Shown here: positions 35,801 to 44,765 of the stretch, piece by piece | Numbering within the stretch: position 1 is the stretch's first letter | How the letters are laid out: the number at the start of each line of letters is the position of its first letter | From: a virus | Lineage: Duplodnaviria > Caudoviricetes | Virus record (IMG/VR): IMGVR_UViG_3300011442_000009 | Location: 1 to 64,000 of that record | Length of the DNA: 64,000 nucleotides | Direction: 5' to 3' (one strand) | Notes under the pieces: model-generated | What the model saw: only the letters and a program-made list of their open reading frames with translations | Database searches by the model: none | What the model was told of the DNA's origin: nothing | Position numbers and translations under genes: made by a program

Positions 35801-38800
35801 TTCCCCACGAGCTCGGCTCTCGCCTGTTTGACAGCTTCGTCGAGGATCGCGTCGGGGTCTAGATTTAATTCGAACCCAAGCTCCGTTTTTTCGGTAGTCG
35901 GGAGCTGTTGCTCGAGCTCATCCGCTCTGCGACCAATTCGAATCTCTAAATCGGGTCCAACTCCGGCGTAGTTCCGACGGGCGTCGGAAACGTCAGTCGA
36001 AAAATAATGACCGGCACCGACCGCATTTTCGACATTCGCTTTCTCTTTTAAGAATTCGTCAAACTTGTGCGTAGTGCCGTGATACACTTCAATCGGTTGA
36101 CCCTCTTCGTCAACGACCTTACTGTCGCCAAACCATTTTTTGAAGTACGGAGAGTCCGTGCCCTTCTCTTTCCAAAGCTTTTTGGCCTCGCGAATTTCTT
36201 TCGGCTTTGTCACACCGGCGGATTCGGCCGGAGAGAATTGCGCATTGGTATAGTGGTTCTCGATGATCCGGTTCTTCGCTTCATCGCTCTTCGCCGATTC
36301 GATCTTTCTGAGGAGCTCCTTTGCTTCCGGACCGGGGCTCACGAAAATGGTATTGCGGTGCTTGGCGCTGTGCAGAATCATCCCATCTTTGTCGTCTCCG
36401 GCATAGCTGCTGATGCGGGTCGTCTCACCCTCCGCGCCGCGACGTTGCCGGGCCACTTCCTCGTCGTTCATCTTTTTGATGCCTTCGGGGGAGTGCATGA
36501 ACTGAACCTTCGGCTGGGTACCCAGATCTTCGGTACCCAAGTCAAAAACTTTCCCGTCCCCAAGTTCTACCGGCTCAGCTTTGCGCACCCATTCGTCGGG
36601 TAGCACCAGATCAGTCAGGGGGCGGCCCGCTTTACGGGATTGGTCTTGCAGCATGTCGAAAACATCCTGCGGCAGCTCGACTTTCATCGTTTTGCCGCCG
36701 AAGGTCCGGGCTCGTCCCGGGTTTAAAGTAAACCAAGAACTGCCGACGCCTTCGGAGCCGCTATAAACCGGAACGGTCCTACTCTCCAATTCTGGAATTT
36801 TGAATCCTTTTTTCTCGAGAGTGTTCGAGTACGTGGTGCCCTTCGCCGGTGCCACTCCCGGGATATCCTCGAGCGCCGTGATCTGCGCAAACTTGCCTTT
36901 GCCGATTGCAGTGAAGTCCTGATAGCCATCGAAAGTGGCGCGGTACTTTTTGCCGTCCGGTCCAGTTACTGCGATTTCGCGCTTGCCTTCGCCGGGCATG
37001 AAACTGACATTGCCCTCTTTGAGGCTATTGGTTGCCCGGCGCACTGCGCTCATAACATCCAGCCGGGAGCCTGACGGGTCTGCTCCTATCTGTTTTGCTA
37101 CCTGCTGCAAAAGGTGAGTGGGCAAGGTCTCGGTAAGAGAGCTCATGTCCGCATTGTTCAGACCGGGAAGAGCGTCTACGAAAGCAGACACCGGCAATGT
37201 CCCGTTCTTCATCCGCTCGACTACGCTCTTCCGCTGTTCTTTCGTGAGAGCGGTATACTTTTCCCCGGGCATGAACCCGGCGGAGAGCGTGAGAGTATTT
37301 CCACGGAACTGCGGCACCTCGGGGGCGTGGTCCGCTTCCAAAATGCGTTCGAGGTTCAGCTTCTGGATTACCTCGATGAAAGAGGGCATCGTCGCACCCG
37401 CGGCTTTCGCAGCAGCTTCCATCTGATTGCGTAGCGGATTGACTTCCAAGATCGGTCGTCCTTCGATACCGAGCTCCTGCGCGCGTTCACCGGTAAAGGT
37501 GCCGCGAGGCTCAATCGGCTGCACCAACCGGCCCGGCATAGTCGCCGCGCTGATGTCCTGTCCTGCGATGTTCAACGGGAACTTTCCGTGACCGAGCTTA
37601 TTCGTCGCGGGAAGTTTGAAATTGAAGAGCATGTTGACGAAGTCCGCTCGATTCTGATCGAGAGCGAGAACTGCATCAGCGCGCACCGGCGGTTTGAAAA
37701 ATCCACGACCCTGCGTCTCGCTAGGGACTACCAACGGCGCACCGGAGCCCGTCGTACCGGACATCTGGTTCTGGACGAACCGCTGAGTGTCTTCATAGAG
37801 AGACAGCCAAGCGTCCTTAGTGAAAGAGCCGGTAGCGGGATCGATTTCGTACGGAGAAAGCTTCGCCATGTCCGGGTTCTTCGCCAGTACTTCCGCCAGC
37901 TTCTGTGCATTGGCGGCGAAAACTTCCGGAGCCCACCCTTGTACTTGGTATTTGCCATCTTTAGTACGTCCGACGGACTCCGGAAAAAAGGTCTTCTCCC
38001 AGAGCTTGCGCGCGTCCTCCGGCATGCGCCGGTAAAGCTCGATCATTTCCCGGCGGGTCTTCCTTTTGGAAGAGATCGCCGCGGCCGGTTCGTCTGGAGC
38101 GGAAAGGTAGTTTAACTTCATCCCGGAGCGTCCTGCAATCGCTTCCGCGGTGATGCCGAGAATTTCACGCTGGGTCTTCGATGCGCCGGGCAAAGCTACG
38201 TCAGGGGCCTCCTGTGCGAGCGTGGCGGCGCTCTGTGCGGACTGTTCTACTTCCTGCTGAGTGCGGGGAAGGCTTGCAGCGCCGCCGGTACGCGCCGGTT
38301 GAGCAGGCTGCACGACCGGTTTCTCCGGGGCGAGCTCACGACCCTGCGCTCCGACCTTTTTCGCGAGATCGAGATTGAGAGGAATTTTCAGACCTTCTGA
38401 AACGCGCCCTTCGATAGGATTTTTTCCGACGAATTCCATCAGGTGCCCAACGGTACGAGCAAGCACTTCAGGGACCTGATTACCCGGCTTCAGGGTGTTG
38501 CCAGTGCGTTTAAACCACGCGTCGAAATTCTCAGCGGCGATCTCTCGAGCGATGTACCGTTCAGCGGACGCTTTCTGCTCTTCAGGAGTGAGAATCTCTC
38601 TCCAGTTGAATTGCACGCCCTGTTGTTCAATGCCGTGGTTGACAACCTGTCGGATTTCAGTGTCAGAAGGCGGAGGATTGCCAGCACGACGAGCTTCGTC
38701 GTGGTATTGCGTGAGAGCATCCTGAAAAAGTTTCTCGGCGGCATCCTGACGTCCCCAGCCCGTGTCTTCCAAAATGGTCTGATGCCAGCTCTCGCCCGGC

Positions 38801-40761
38801 ACAACTCCACCGAGTCGATCAGCGTAGTTGCTGCCGATCTCGTCCATATTGTGATTCGCGATGATCTCTTGGTCGAGCTCTCGCATGGCATCTTCGCCAA
38901 GGACGTTCTCCATCGCGTGCCGTGCCTCATGCGGAGCCGCATCGATGCCACTGACTGAGCCAGTCGCCGGTTTGTCGATCAGGATTATAACCTTGCGACC
39001 TTTGTGGTCGAAAGCCATTCCGTTTTGCTGCGCCATTTTTCTGGCAGCGTTAGGAGCAACCCCGGCTTTGAGCAACGCAGCTTCGGCGCTCGGTGCATCT
39101 GCTGCGGCGAAGACGTCGATCTTGTTGTCGACCCCAGTGGAGAAATCCTGCACGGAATTGATGCGAACTTTCCGTCCGTCAGTGAGGTTCGGGAAAGCCG
39201 CCTTATTCATCGCGACAAAAGCGGGATCCGAAGCGGGGCTCGCCACCCGGGGCTGAGAGTTACCAGCGAACCAACGCGGTGCGATAATCTGACCGCTAAC
39301 GACGTCACGAAAAGTCTTACCAGCGCCGCCTGCGAGGCCAAAAGCGACGCCCATACCCAGCCCCTGTCTTTCCTGAGGCGTGTCAGAGGCGGCTGCGAGG
39401 CCGATATCAAGAGCTGCGCCGTGCGCGACCTTCCCGAGAGCCCCGGGAGTGGAGCGGGCGACATCTTTTACGAGTTGCTCATACGAACCCGTGATCTGGT
39501 TCTTTACGAGGTTCTCTCCGGCTTGTGTAAAACCGGTTTTGACTTTCTGGCCAATCTTGTGAAGGTCCGTCGCGATACTCTTGCCAAGTTTGTACCCAGT
39601 GGCGGCACCCAAAAAATTGGAGACAATAGGAATCTCTCCGACTCCCGGTACGGCGTGCGCAACGGCCGCGCCAGATACCGCGCCAACGAGAGGAGCAGTT
39701 TTCTCACCAGCTTTAATACCCAGCTCTGCGGTTTTACCCGTGCCTTGGATTACCCTGCCAGCTACCTTTTGAGCGACGTCCGCCGGGCTCTTAATTTTTG
39801 CGGCTAGCGCGGCGACATTTTCGGTTTGCCCAGCGAGATCAATCGCGCCACGTGTGAGTGCTTTCGCACCGGCTCCCGTGGCGTTCATCCCGGCTCCGAA
39901 AAGCAGGAAGGACACTGGTTCTCCGCCAGCCATAGCGCCAACCTCTTCAGGGCGCACCGGCATACCGGCGGTTTCCAGATTGCGGACATTCTCAGCGGCG
40001 ATAGGGACGTTCGACAGTATCGGCCCATGGCCGGACATCGTCTCCTTCTGGATCTGGTGCCGGGAAAGCGCATCAAGAAAATCGGCCTGCTTATCTTCTG
40101 GAGTGTAGTCCGCGAGCTGCTTCGTGAGGTGAGCTCCTCGTGCAAGGGAACCGACGACCTGTCCAGCTTGGTGAATGAGACCCCCCACCCCTGCTTCGGT
40201 GGCTGCGATTGCTTCCGCGGCCCGGCGCTGGGTTTCAAGTTCGTTCTGTGCACGCGTGGCTTCATCGACACCGAAAAGGGGTGCCACTAGACCGGCCGCA
40301 TGCCCTACGGCGACGCCTGCGACATTACCGATCCACTTGCCCGCACCGGCTGCCGTGCTTCCAATCGTACCAGCTACTTGCTTTGCTCCTTCGAGGGTCT
40401 TTCCGAGATCTCCCTCGACGATTCCACTGACTACCGGGGTGCTCTTGTACCACGGCTGCTGCCGGATCTGATTGTACACGTCCTGTACCTTGGATAGTAG
40501 CTCAGGAGTGCGTTGGGCTTGGGGAATGGCGTCGTACGCGGCAACCACGTCGAAAGAATGATCCTGACCAGCGAGTGCGACGATCTGATCCGGGGTAAAA
40601 TCCCGGAGGACATCAAAAGCGGGTGCTTGCTGATTCTCGTCAGGGACGAAAGAAGCGATCTGTTCTGGGGAGAGAGCTACGGGGACTCCCGGCGCTTCAG
40701 AGGGCGCGGGAGCGTCAGGAGTAAAACTGGCAACCTGTTCCGGACTTAGTGTAAGCGGCAT
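32893..40761 (-). CDS. giant (2622 aa) polyvalent virion/ejection protein with metallopeptidase, ART-PolyVal-like and other domains
   Basis: HEARH zincin motif (38917-38931) with downstream EIAAENF; FKKWFGDSKVVDEEGQPIEVYHGT...GAGHYFS...FLKLENP (ART-PolyVal-like, ~35360-36160); C-terminal KWY..LAATSP..KVSNF.QNL..TIDVW domain. Confidence 0.85.
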   Translation of the reverse strand: MPLTLSPEQVASFTPDAPAPSEAPGVPVALSPEQIASFVPDENQQAPAFDVLRDFTPDQIVALAGQDHSFDVVAAYDAIPQAQRTPELLSKVQDVYNQIRQQPWYKSTPVVSGIVEGDLGKTLEGAKQVAGTIGSTAAGAGKWIGNVAGVAVGHAAGLVAPLFGVDEATRAQNELETQRRAAEAIAATEAGVGGLIHQAGQVVGSLARGAHLTKQLADYTPEDKQADFLDALSRHQIQKETMSGHGPILSNVPIAAENVRNLETAGMPVRPEEVGAMAGGEPVSFLLFGAGMNATGAGAKALTRGAIDLAGQTENVAALAAKIKSPADVAQKVAGRVIQGTGKTAELGIKAGEKTAPLVGAVSGAAVAHAVPGVGEIPIVSNFLGAATGYKLGKSIATDLHKIGQKVKTGFTQAGENLVKNQITGSYEQLVKDVARSTPGALGKVAHGAALDIGLAAASDTPQERQGLGMGVAFGLAGGAGKTFRDVVSGQIIAPRWFAGNSQPRVASPASDPAFVAMNKAAFPNLTDGRKVRINSVQDFSTGVDNKIDVFAAADAPSAEAALLKAGVAPNAARKMAQQNGMAFDHKGRKVIILIDKPATGSVSGIDAAPHEARHAMENVLGEDAMRELDQEIIANHNMDEIGSNYADRLGGVVPGESWHQTILEDTGWGRQDAAEKLFQDALTQYHDEARRAGNPPPSDTEIRQVVNHGIEQQGVQFNWREILTPEEQKASAERYIAREIAAENFDAWFKRTGNTLKPGNQVPEVLARTVGHLMEFVGKNPIEGRVSEGLKIPLNLDLAKKVGAQGRELAPEKPVVQPAQPARTGGAASLPRTQQEVEQSAQSAATLAQEAPDVALPGASKTQREILGITAEAIAGRSGMKLNYLSAPDEPAAAISSKRKTRREMIELYRRMPEDARKLWEKTFFPESVGRTKDGKYQVQGWAPEVFAANAQKLAEVLAKNPDMAKLSPYEIDPATGSFTKDAWLSLYEDTQRFVQNQMSGTTGSGAPLVVPSETQGRGFFKPPVRADAVLALDQNRADFVNMLFNFKLPATNKLGHGKFPLNIAGQDISAATMPGRLVQPIEPRGTFTGERAQELGIEGRPILEVNPLRNQMEAAAKAAGATMPSFIEVIQKLNLERILEADHAPEVPQFRGNTLTLSAGFMPGEKYTALTKEQRKSVVERMKNGTLPVSAFVDALPGLNNADMSSLTETLPTHLLQQVAKQIGADPSGSRLDVMSAVRRATNSLKEGNVSFMPGEGKREIAVTGPDGKKYRATFDGYQDFTAIGKGKFAQITALEDIPGVAPAKGTTYSNTLEKKGFKIPELESRTVPVYSGSEGVGSSWFTLNPGRARTFGGKTMKVELPQDVFDMLQDQSRKAGRPLTDLVLPDEWVRKAEPVELGDGKVFDLGTEDLGTQPKVQFMHSPEGIKKMNDEEVARQRRGAEGETTRISSYAGDDKDGMILHSAKHRNTIFVSPGPEAKELLRKIESAKSDEAKNRIIENHYTNAQFSPAESAGVTKPKEIREAKKLWKEKGTDSPYFKKWFGDSKVVDEEGQPIEVYHGTTHKFDEFLKEKANVENAVGAGHYFSTDVSDARRNYAGVGPDLEIRIGRRADELEQQLPTTEKTELGFELNLDPDAILDEAVKQARAELVGKSPRVISAFLKLENPVVMDKKGGTRFELKYDEDGNESGLVIKLHDALLAEAEKLDVDGQRVWEDVIEKFDGESITAEDAIHAIGNSEAILDVYDGHLMGSELARRTMEAMGFDGIKMTNVEKRFRGMALAPNTDHYIAFRGDQVKAVENRGTFSAGDSRIQFMAGGKERKSKPDYKLKEGRGTFSKAWLFPDGKMAQLGDQWHHDYLNENADVISKYGLKVKSKGEDNRLEALQKGFARINYSKNNGTLTVEARQRDWENLAPHIKEFVKTNLGKIDNMDVHLLDDKAKRTVESEGVQLFTYDEHEKLDNLPLISAPKETTEMSAQATSGALTRDRAQFSPGEFDKREDKFYLDRSGNWKTVAEDHETTARELLGKEAQPESARETNPNQRVLETSKGWARVIREDDHLYVSKGDLTPAQEKAISDVAETNGYGVISDVGGKRRVTREPSVQFTPGYKSKEFDAELEKVRTGANFGQTFNKDGTVWTVSKKSPTDVVTLASVNLPKEELTRENVIKALGDYGRILDEKGTALGVFAMPDGNRVSVDVNALPSQKHRENSVDFAERNNQVSIWDPVLGEEVKTGGTGETAITDYRDAHDALKPLLKGEPPLIPDAATEEKAAEYFKTGKPLPSTITKQLTRAQKARVYPESVEPKTADAVIRSDIKNSPLAKKAGSEEAAIKAFSDKLVEFAKQYFDSDAFKEGLKWYSDFVPKLNAEFGEHAQIFAELLAATSPRNKPLENFQLAMEALEGFKAGQFDEKIQKFLEGSRMLEDGSWKTWYDEQLAAKKVKGKRAATEPAFMAQWIKEHDLQPRKSNDKLYGMHSTHVLKVLARAWLQNVEGPKVSNFIQNLVGTGHGATIDVWAQRTMRRLGYEGFQDRWRILPGNEAAVTDPDFFFSQKAFADAAEQLGVLPDALQGGLWFAEKKLWADRNWSRLDLGSYLTELKKAGMIREGIAERLADKITKRPEK

Positions 40762-40766
40762 ACACC

Positions 40767-40795
40767 ACAGTCGTCTATCCTGCCACTGGGTGCCA
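40767..40795 (-). promoter_or_regulatory. putative late promoter TGGCAC-N16-CGACTGT
   Basis: 5 nt upstream of the giant gene ATG. Confidence 0.6.
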
Positions 40796-42259
40796 CATAT
40801 TATCTGCGCCTAGGTACCCTCTACCGAGCCCGGGAATGGTCCCGATAATCCTCCCGGCGGGCACTCCAGCGGCCGGGGCCGCTGTCGATTTCCGCAAAAC
40901 TTTATCTGCAGCGACGCGTTCGTCATCCGAAGTGAAAACCGTTTTGGGATTCACGTTGGGATTCGTGTTAGCCTGCTCCATGGCCTTCATGATCGCCGGG
41001 CGCGCAGCTTCCTCACGTCCGCGGATCACTTCGTCACCCATTTCCAACAAGAGCTGCCGGGTAGCGGGAGTGAAAGAACCTCTGCGATTGACCGCGAGAT
41101 CCCAAGCGTTTTTAAGAAGGTCCATTCGAGGCTGCTGCGTCTCGAATTTTTCCCACTTGAATTCTCGGATCACGCCTTCGGGATCGTACAATTTAATGAG
41201 CGACTCCGCGAGGCCGAGATCGGTCATATTCATGTTCGCTTTGCCCTGTTGCTCGGGAGTCAGTCTCCGAACACGATCCGCGTTTTTCTCGAAGGTCGTG
41301 GCGTACGGGACGGACTTCTGCCAGCTCTGGTACGGGAGCTCTTTCAAGAGGTTCTCACGGATCTTGTCCGCAGTGAAAATGGTTTGCTCTTTTTGCTTAA
41401 TCGGGATGCCCTGCAGCTTCGGTTTGATCACCGGAGGAGTCTGAGGCGGGGCCGGGAGCGTCCCAGGAGTAACCACGGGCAACGCAGCGGGAGCCTGTGC
41501 GGCCGCGGCAACGACATCCTTTTTGAGATCCTCGACTCGAGGAACTACTGCACCGGTAGGATGCCCAGCCGCGGATGCCGTGCTATCTTTGGGATCGTAC
41601 GGACGGAGCGACGGATCGTATTTCGTGGGATAGACTCCCGCGAGAGGGTGCGACTTGGGCATGAAAGCTTCGAGCTGGGTAACGTAATGCCAGTACTGCT
41701 CAGAACCATCGTACCCATCCGCAGGAGGAGTCACGTCTTGGTTCAGAGAATTCAGATACTGCACGACTTCGCTGCCGTCACCGAGTTTGACGACGCGGCT
41801 GGAAACTGGCTTGAGCATGTTCGCCCACTTGTCCACCTGCCCCAGAGTAGCGACGCGTTGAGCTCCGACCTTTGCGAGCTTTTGAAAATCCGTACGGCCC
41901 GTCGTGGGATCGATGTAGTTGTTGATGTCATCACCAAACCAACCCATCGTTTCCTGCGCGGTCTTCAGACTGGTCTGTCCCCAGTTCGTTTGTGCAAGCT
42001 CAGCGGCGGTCTTGGCCTGCTGCAATTGCGCAGTGGGTTCTACCAACGGGAGCGCGGCTTCCGCTTGCGCGGTGCCTAGCTGCGTCTCTGCGCGGGCGCG
42101 CATTCCAAAACGGTCGACGATTTCTTGCGAGGTGATCTGTCCCTTGCGAAAAGCGTCGATCATGGAATTGACTGCATCCTGTCCCACCGGCATTGCCGGA
42201 GTGACGAGCGGCCCTTGGGGGACGCTGATGCCCTGTTGATCTTGACCAAGTCCTGCCAT
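40775..42259 (-). CDS. putative internal virion/ejection protein
   Basis: Gln/Ala-rich helical protein in the podovirus-like ejection-gene position; ATG MAGLGQDQQ. Confidence 0.55.
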   Translation of the reverse strand: MAGLGQDQQGISVPQGPLVTPAMPVGQDAVNSMIDAFRKGQITSQEIVDRFGMRARAETQLGTAQAEAALPLVEPTAQLQQAKTAAELAQTNWGQTSLKTAQETMGWFGDDINNYIDPTTGRTDFQKLAKVGAQRVATLGQVDKWANMLKPVSSRVVKLGDGSEVVQYLNSLNQDVTPPADGYDGSEQYWHYVTQLEAFMPKSHPLAGVYPTKYDPSLRPYDPKDSTASAAGHPTGAVVPRVEDLKKDVVAAAAQAPAALPVVTPGTLPAPPQTPPVIKPKLQGIPIKQKEQTIFTADKIRENLLKELPYQSWQKSVPYATTFEKNADRVRRLTPEQQGKANMNMTDLGLAESLIKLYDPEGVIREFKWEKFETQQPRMDLLKNAWDLAVNRRGSFTPATRQLLLEMGDEVIRGREEAARPAIMKAMEQANTNPNVNPKTVFTSDDERVAADKVLRKSTAAPAAGVPAGRIIGTIPGLGRGYLGADNMWHPVAG

Positions 42260-42261
42260 AA

Positions 42262-42699
42262 TTATCGAATGTTGAGTGTTGCACCCGGTGCCATCCATCC
42301 AGAGACGGAAGCGATCTTAGGAATCCCTTCATCGGGAGTCCCCGGGATCTGCGTCGCCAAATTCGTGTCGATTCCCGGCTGCACCACTTTCACCGGGGTC
42401 TGCGTTACGTTCGTACCCGGCGTCGGTTTAGGCGTCGGCTGATTCAAAATCGTTCCGGCTCCGTCTGCCTTCACTGCCGGTTGTACCACTGGCGACTGAG
42501 TCCCCATATTTAAGATCGACCTTTCCAGTGGAGAGCGCATCTGTGTTACCGGCCGAATGGGCGCAGGAGCTTGACCCGCGAGCACCTGATTCTGCATCCG
42601 GCTCCCAGTCAAACGAACGGCATTGTTCATCCGCGCGAGCTGCGCGTGCACCGGTGCCTGCAGGGAGGAAGCCGACCATATAAATCCTACGTTGCTCAT
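42262..42699 (-). CDS. hypothetical Pro/Gln/Thr-rich protein
   Basis: ATG 42699 lies 1 nt after the previous stop. Confidence 0.6.
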   Translation of the reverse strand: MSNVGFIWSASSLQAPVHAQLARMNNAVRLTGSRMQNQVLAGQAPAPIRPVTQMRSPLERSILNMGTQSPVVQPAVKADGAGTILNQPTPKPTPGTNVTQTPVKVVQPGIDTNLATQIPGTPDEGIPKIASVSGWMAPGATLNIR

Positions 42700-42700
42700 A

Positions 42701-43306
42701 TTAAAATCCAAACCAACCAGATTGCAGCGGCGCGGATTTCGCACCGGTTTGCGCGCGGTTATTAAACATGTTCAAAACGGCGTCGCTCGTCTGTTGCTGC
42801 TGAGCGTTTAAACGCATTCTCGCTGCCTTCTGCGGGAAGCGAGTAGTGAAAAGGTCGGTACCCGGCTGCAACGATTGCAACCTCTGCTGCTCGATCAGAT
42901 CCGCGGCGGTCGGCTGTGCTGCGCCTGCTACTGGGGCTCCCAATACTCCCGGGAGCGCCGGTTGAACCAACGGATTCGCAACCAAAGGATTCTGCTGGCC
43001 CATGATCCGGTTCTTCAAGATCTCGAGGTTCGCGGCAGTCGTTGGCTGGCCCGGGTATCGTGCCGGAGCTAGAGGGACCTTGCCCTTCGCCGCCAAAGCT
43101 TTTTGTTCAGCGGCTAGCTGCGCCGCTTTCGCCTTCGCGAGTGTCGCTGCCTGCAAAGAACTGGGTTTGTATCCCCATTTCAAAAGAGATCCCTTGACCG
43201 GCGGAGTCGCCACTTTTGGCAACACCTCTTTACCGGCGGCATCCAAATGGAGACGCTTCCCCGGTTTCTGGGGACGCCCCGCGTAGTCTATGTGATCGTG
43301 GGCCAT
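42701..43306 (-). CDS. hypothetical late protein
   Basis: 201 aa with tight packing. Confidence 0.65.
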   Translation of the reverse strand: MAHDHIDYAGRPQKPGKRLHLDAAGKEVLPKVATPPVKGSLLKWGYKPSSLQAATLAKAKAAQLAAEQKALAAKGKVPLAPARYPGQPTTAANLEILKNRIMGQQNPLVANPLVQPALPGVLGAPVAGAAQPTAADLIEQQRLQSLQPGTDLFTTRFPQKAARMRLNAQQQQTSDAVLNMFNNRAQTGAKSAPLQSGWFGF

Positions 43307-43308
43307 GG

Positions 43309-44280
43309 TTAGTACACAGGTGCGTCAACCGGTCCTGCCGCTACCGAAGCGTCAACCGCGGCAGAAGTAGCCGCAGGAGTAGTCGCGGGGGTCGAGCTGA
43401 AGATCTTTTTGCCAAGATCAATTGCCTGATTCAAATTAACCCCGGCGCTTCCCATCGCATTGGAGAAAATATTTCCCTGAGCGAGGGCGGCGTTCGAAGC
43501 CACATTCCCCTGCTGCTGAGTGAGAGAATTCGCTGCGCCGACACGGGCAAGCCAGATGTTGGCTACGTCCGTACCGGACATGCCAGCATTCGGCATCGCA
43601 GACTGTGAGAGATTGAAAACTCCCGCATCACGCGCGAGGTTCTGGGACTGCAGCGAGGAAAGATTGGGGAAAAGCGTATTGAGTACGTTCTGGCGTTGTG
43701 CCTCGAGGTTCGAAGCGGAGGCCAAAAGGTTTTCGGCCTGCTGCTGGCGCTGCATCTGCAGATTGAGCCCAGCTTGACCGAGGATCGTACGCAGCATCGT
43801 ACCGCCGATGCCCTGAGCGCTGGACCGGCCGGTAACCATGCCGGACTTTTCCAGACCGGCCTGTACCAGCTCCGCTTGTACGTCGGGAGGAAGCGTAGCG
43901 CCCTGCTTGAGGTGATCCAAAGCGGCATCGATCAAAGCGCTCTTGGCCTCGACGGATTGCCCGGGTGCCATAGCTTCCTTGGCAGCCTGCTCCGCCACCT
44001 GTCCGGAAAGCACGCCATTCTTCTGCAGCTCGTCCAGCATCTGCTGCTGGGAAAGAGCGCGGCCAGCGGCAAGAGCTGGATCCATTTGCTCCTGCAGTGC
44101 TCGCTGGTTTTTTGCTCGTGCGATATCAGCCGCGAGTACCGCGGGCTGCATCGCTTCGGGGTTGAGGTTCTCGAAGAGAAATTTGCGCTGTTCCTTGATC
44201 GCACGCATCTGGGCCTGCGTTGCGGCCTTCTGCGCTTTCGCCTGCGACAATGTACCAATAAATCCGAGATCTACGCTCAT
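43309..44280 (-). CDS. putative DNA ejection/pilot-like protein
   Basis: Ala/Gln-rich helical protein beginning GFIGTLSQAKAQKAATQAQ, directly after a GNAT gene as in many podoviruses. Confidence 0.5.
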   Translation of the reverse strand: MSVDLGFIGTLSQAKAQKAATQAQMRAIKEQRKFLFENLNPEAMQPAVLAADIARAKNQRALQEQMDPALAAGRALSQQQMLDELQKNGVLSGQVAEQAAKEAMAPGQSVEAKSALIDAALDHLKQGATLPPDVQAELVQAGLEKSGMVTGRSSAQGIGGTMLRTILGQAGLNLQMQRQQQAENLLASASNLEAQRQNVLNTLFPNLSSLQSQNLARDAGVFNLSQSAMPNAGMSGTDVANIWLARVGAANSLTQQQGNVASNAALAQGNIFSNAMGSAGVNLNQAIDLGKKIFSSTPATTPAATSAAVDASVAAGPVDAPVY

Positions 44281-44729
44281 AGGTTTTTCCTAACAATGGT
44301 GAATGACTTTCGATAGCCCAGCCGGTCGTACATCTGCGCCATCTTATCTGGCGAAAGTTCCATCGAAAAACCGAACTGAACCATCGTGCATCCTGCCGCC
44401 TTGCACTCAATCTCGAATGCTTTCAAGAGAGTCAAAGGCGCTCGAGTGTGCCTCCACTTCGGAGACACTACCCAAACAAACTCATTGCCGTAGAGCTCAC
44501 CCGTTTGCGGATCCTCTTGAATCGTTCCGATCAAGTATCCATGGAGCTCTCCGGCCTTATCAAAATACCCAAAAATTCGAACCCCGGAGGCGTCCCCGAG
44601 ATCTTTCCAAAAATTCACCATCGGCTCGACCCGTACCGGGGGATCCTGCCATTCGATCTCTGGACACTCGACGCCCATCTTTCGAAGGGCGTCCTCAATC
44701 TCTTCCGGCGTAACTAATCGGCGAACCAT
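44277..44729 (-). CDS. GNAT-family acetyltransferase
   Basis: EFVWVVSPKWRHTRAPLTLLKAFEIECKAAGC...MYDRLGY. Confidence 0.8.
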   Translation of the reverse strand: MVRRLVTPEEIEDALRKMGVECPEIEWQDPPVRVEPMVNFWKDLGDASGVRIFGYFDKAGELHGYLIGTIQEDPQTGELYGNEFVWVVSPKWRHTRAPLTLLKAFEIECKAAGCTMVQFGFSMELSPDKMAQMYDRLGYRKSFTIVRKNL

Positions 44730-44736
44730 GCTCAAC

Positions 44737-44765
44737 ACAGTCGCCGAATCATGTCGGCGGCGCTA
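44737..44765 (-). promoter_or_regulatory. putative late promoter TAGCGC-N16-CGACTGT
   Basis: 7 nt upstream of ATG 44729. Confidence 0.6.

Noticed and set aside
40778-40795. Sigma-54 promoter (TGGCAC...GGCA) upstream of the giant gene
   Set aside because: GG-GC spacing is 9 nt rather than 10, and the site fits the N16-CGACTGT family better.
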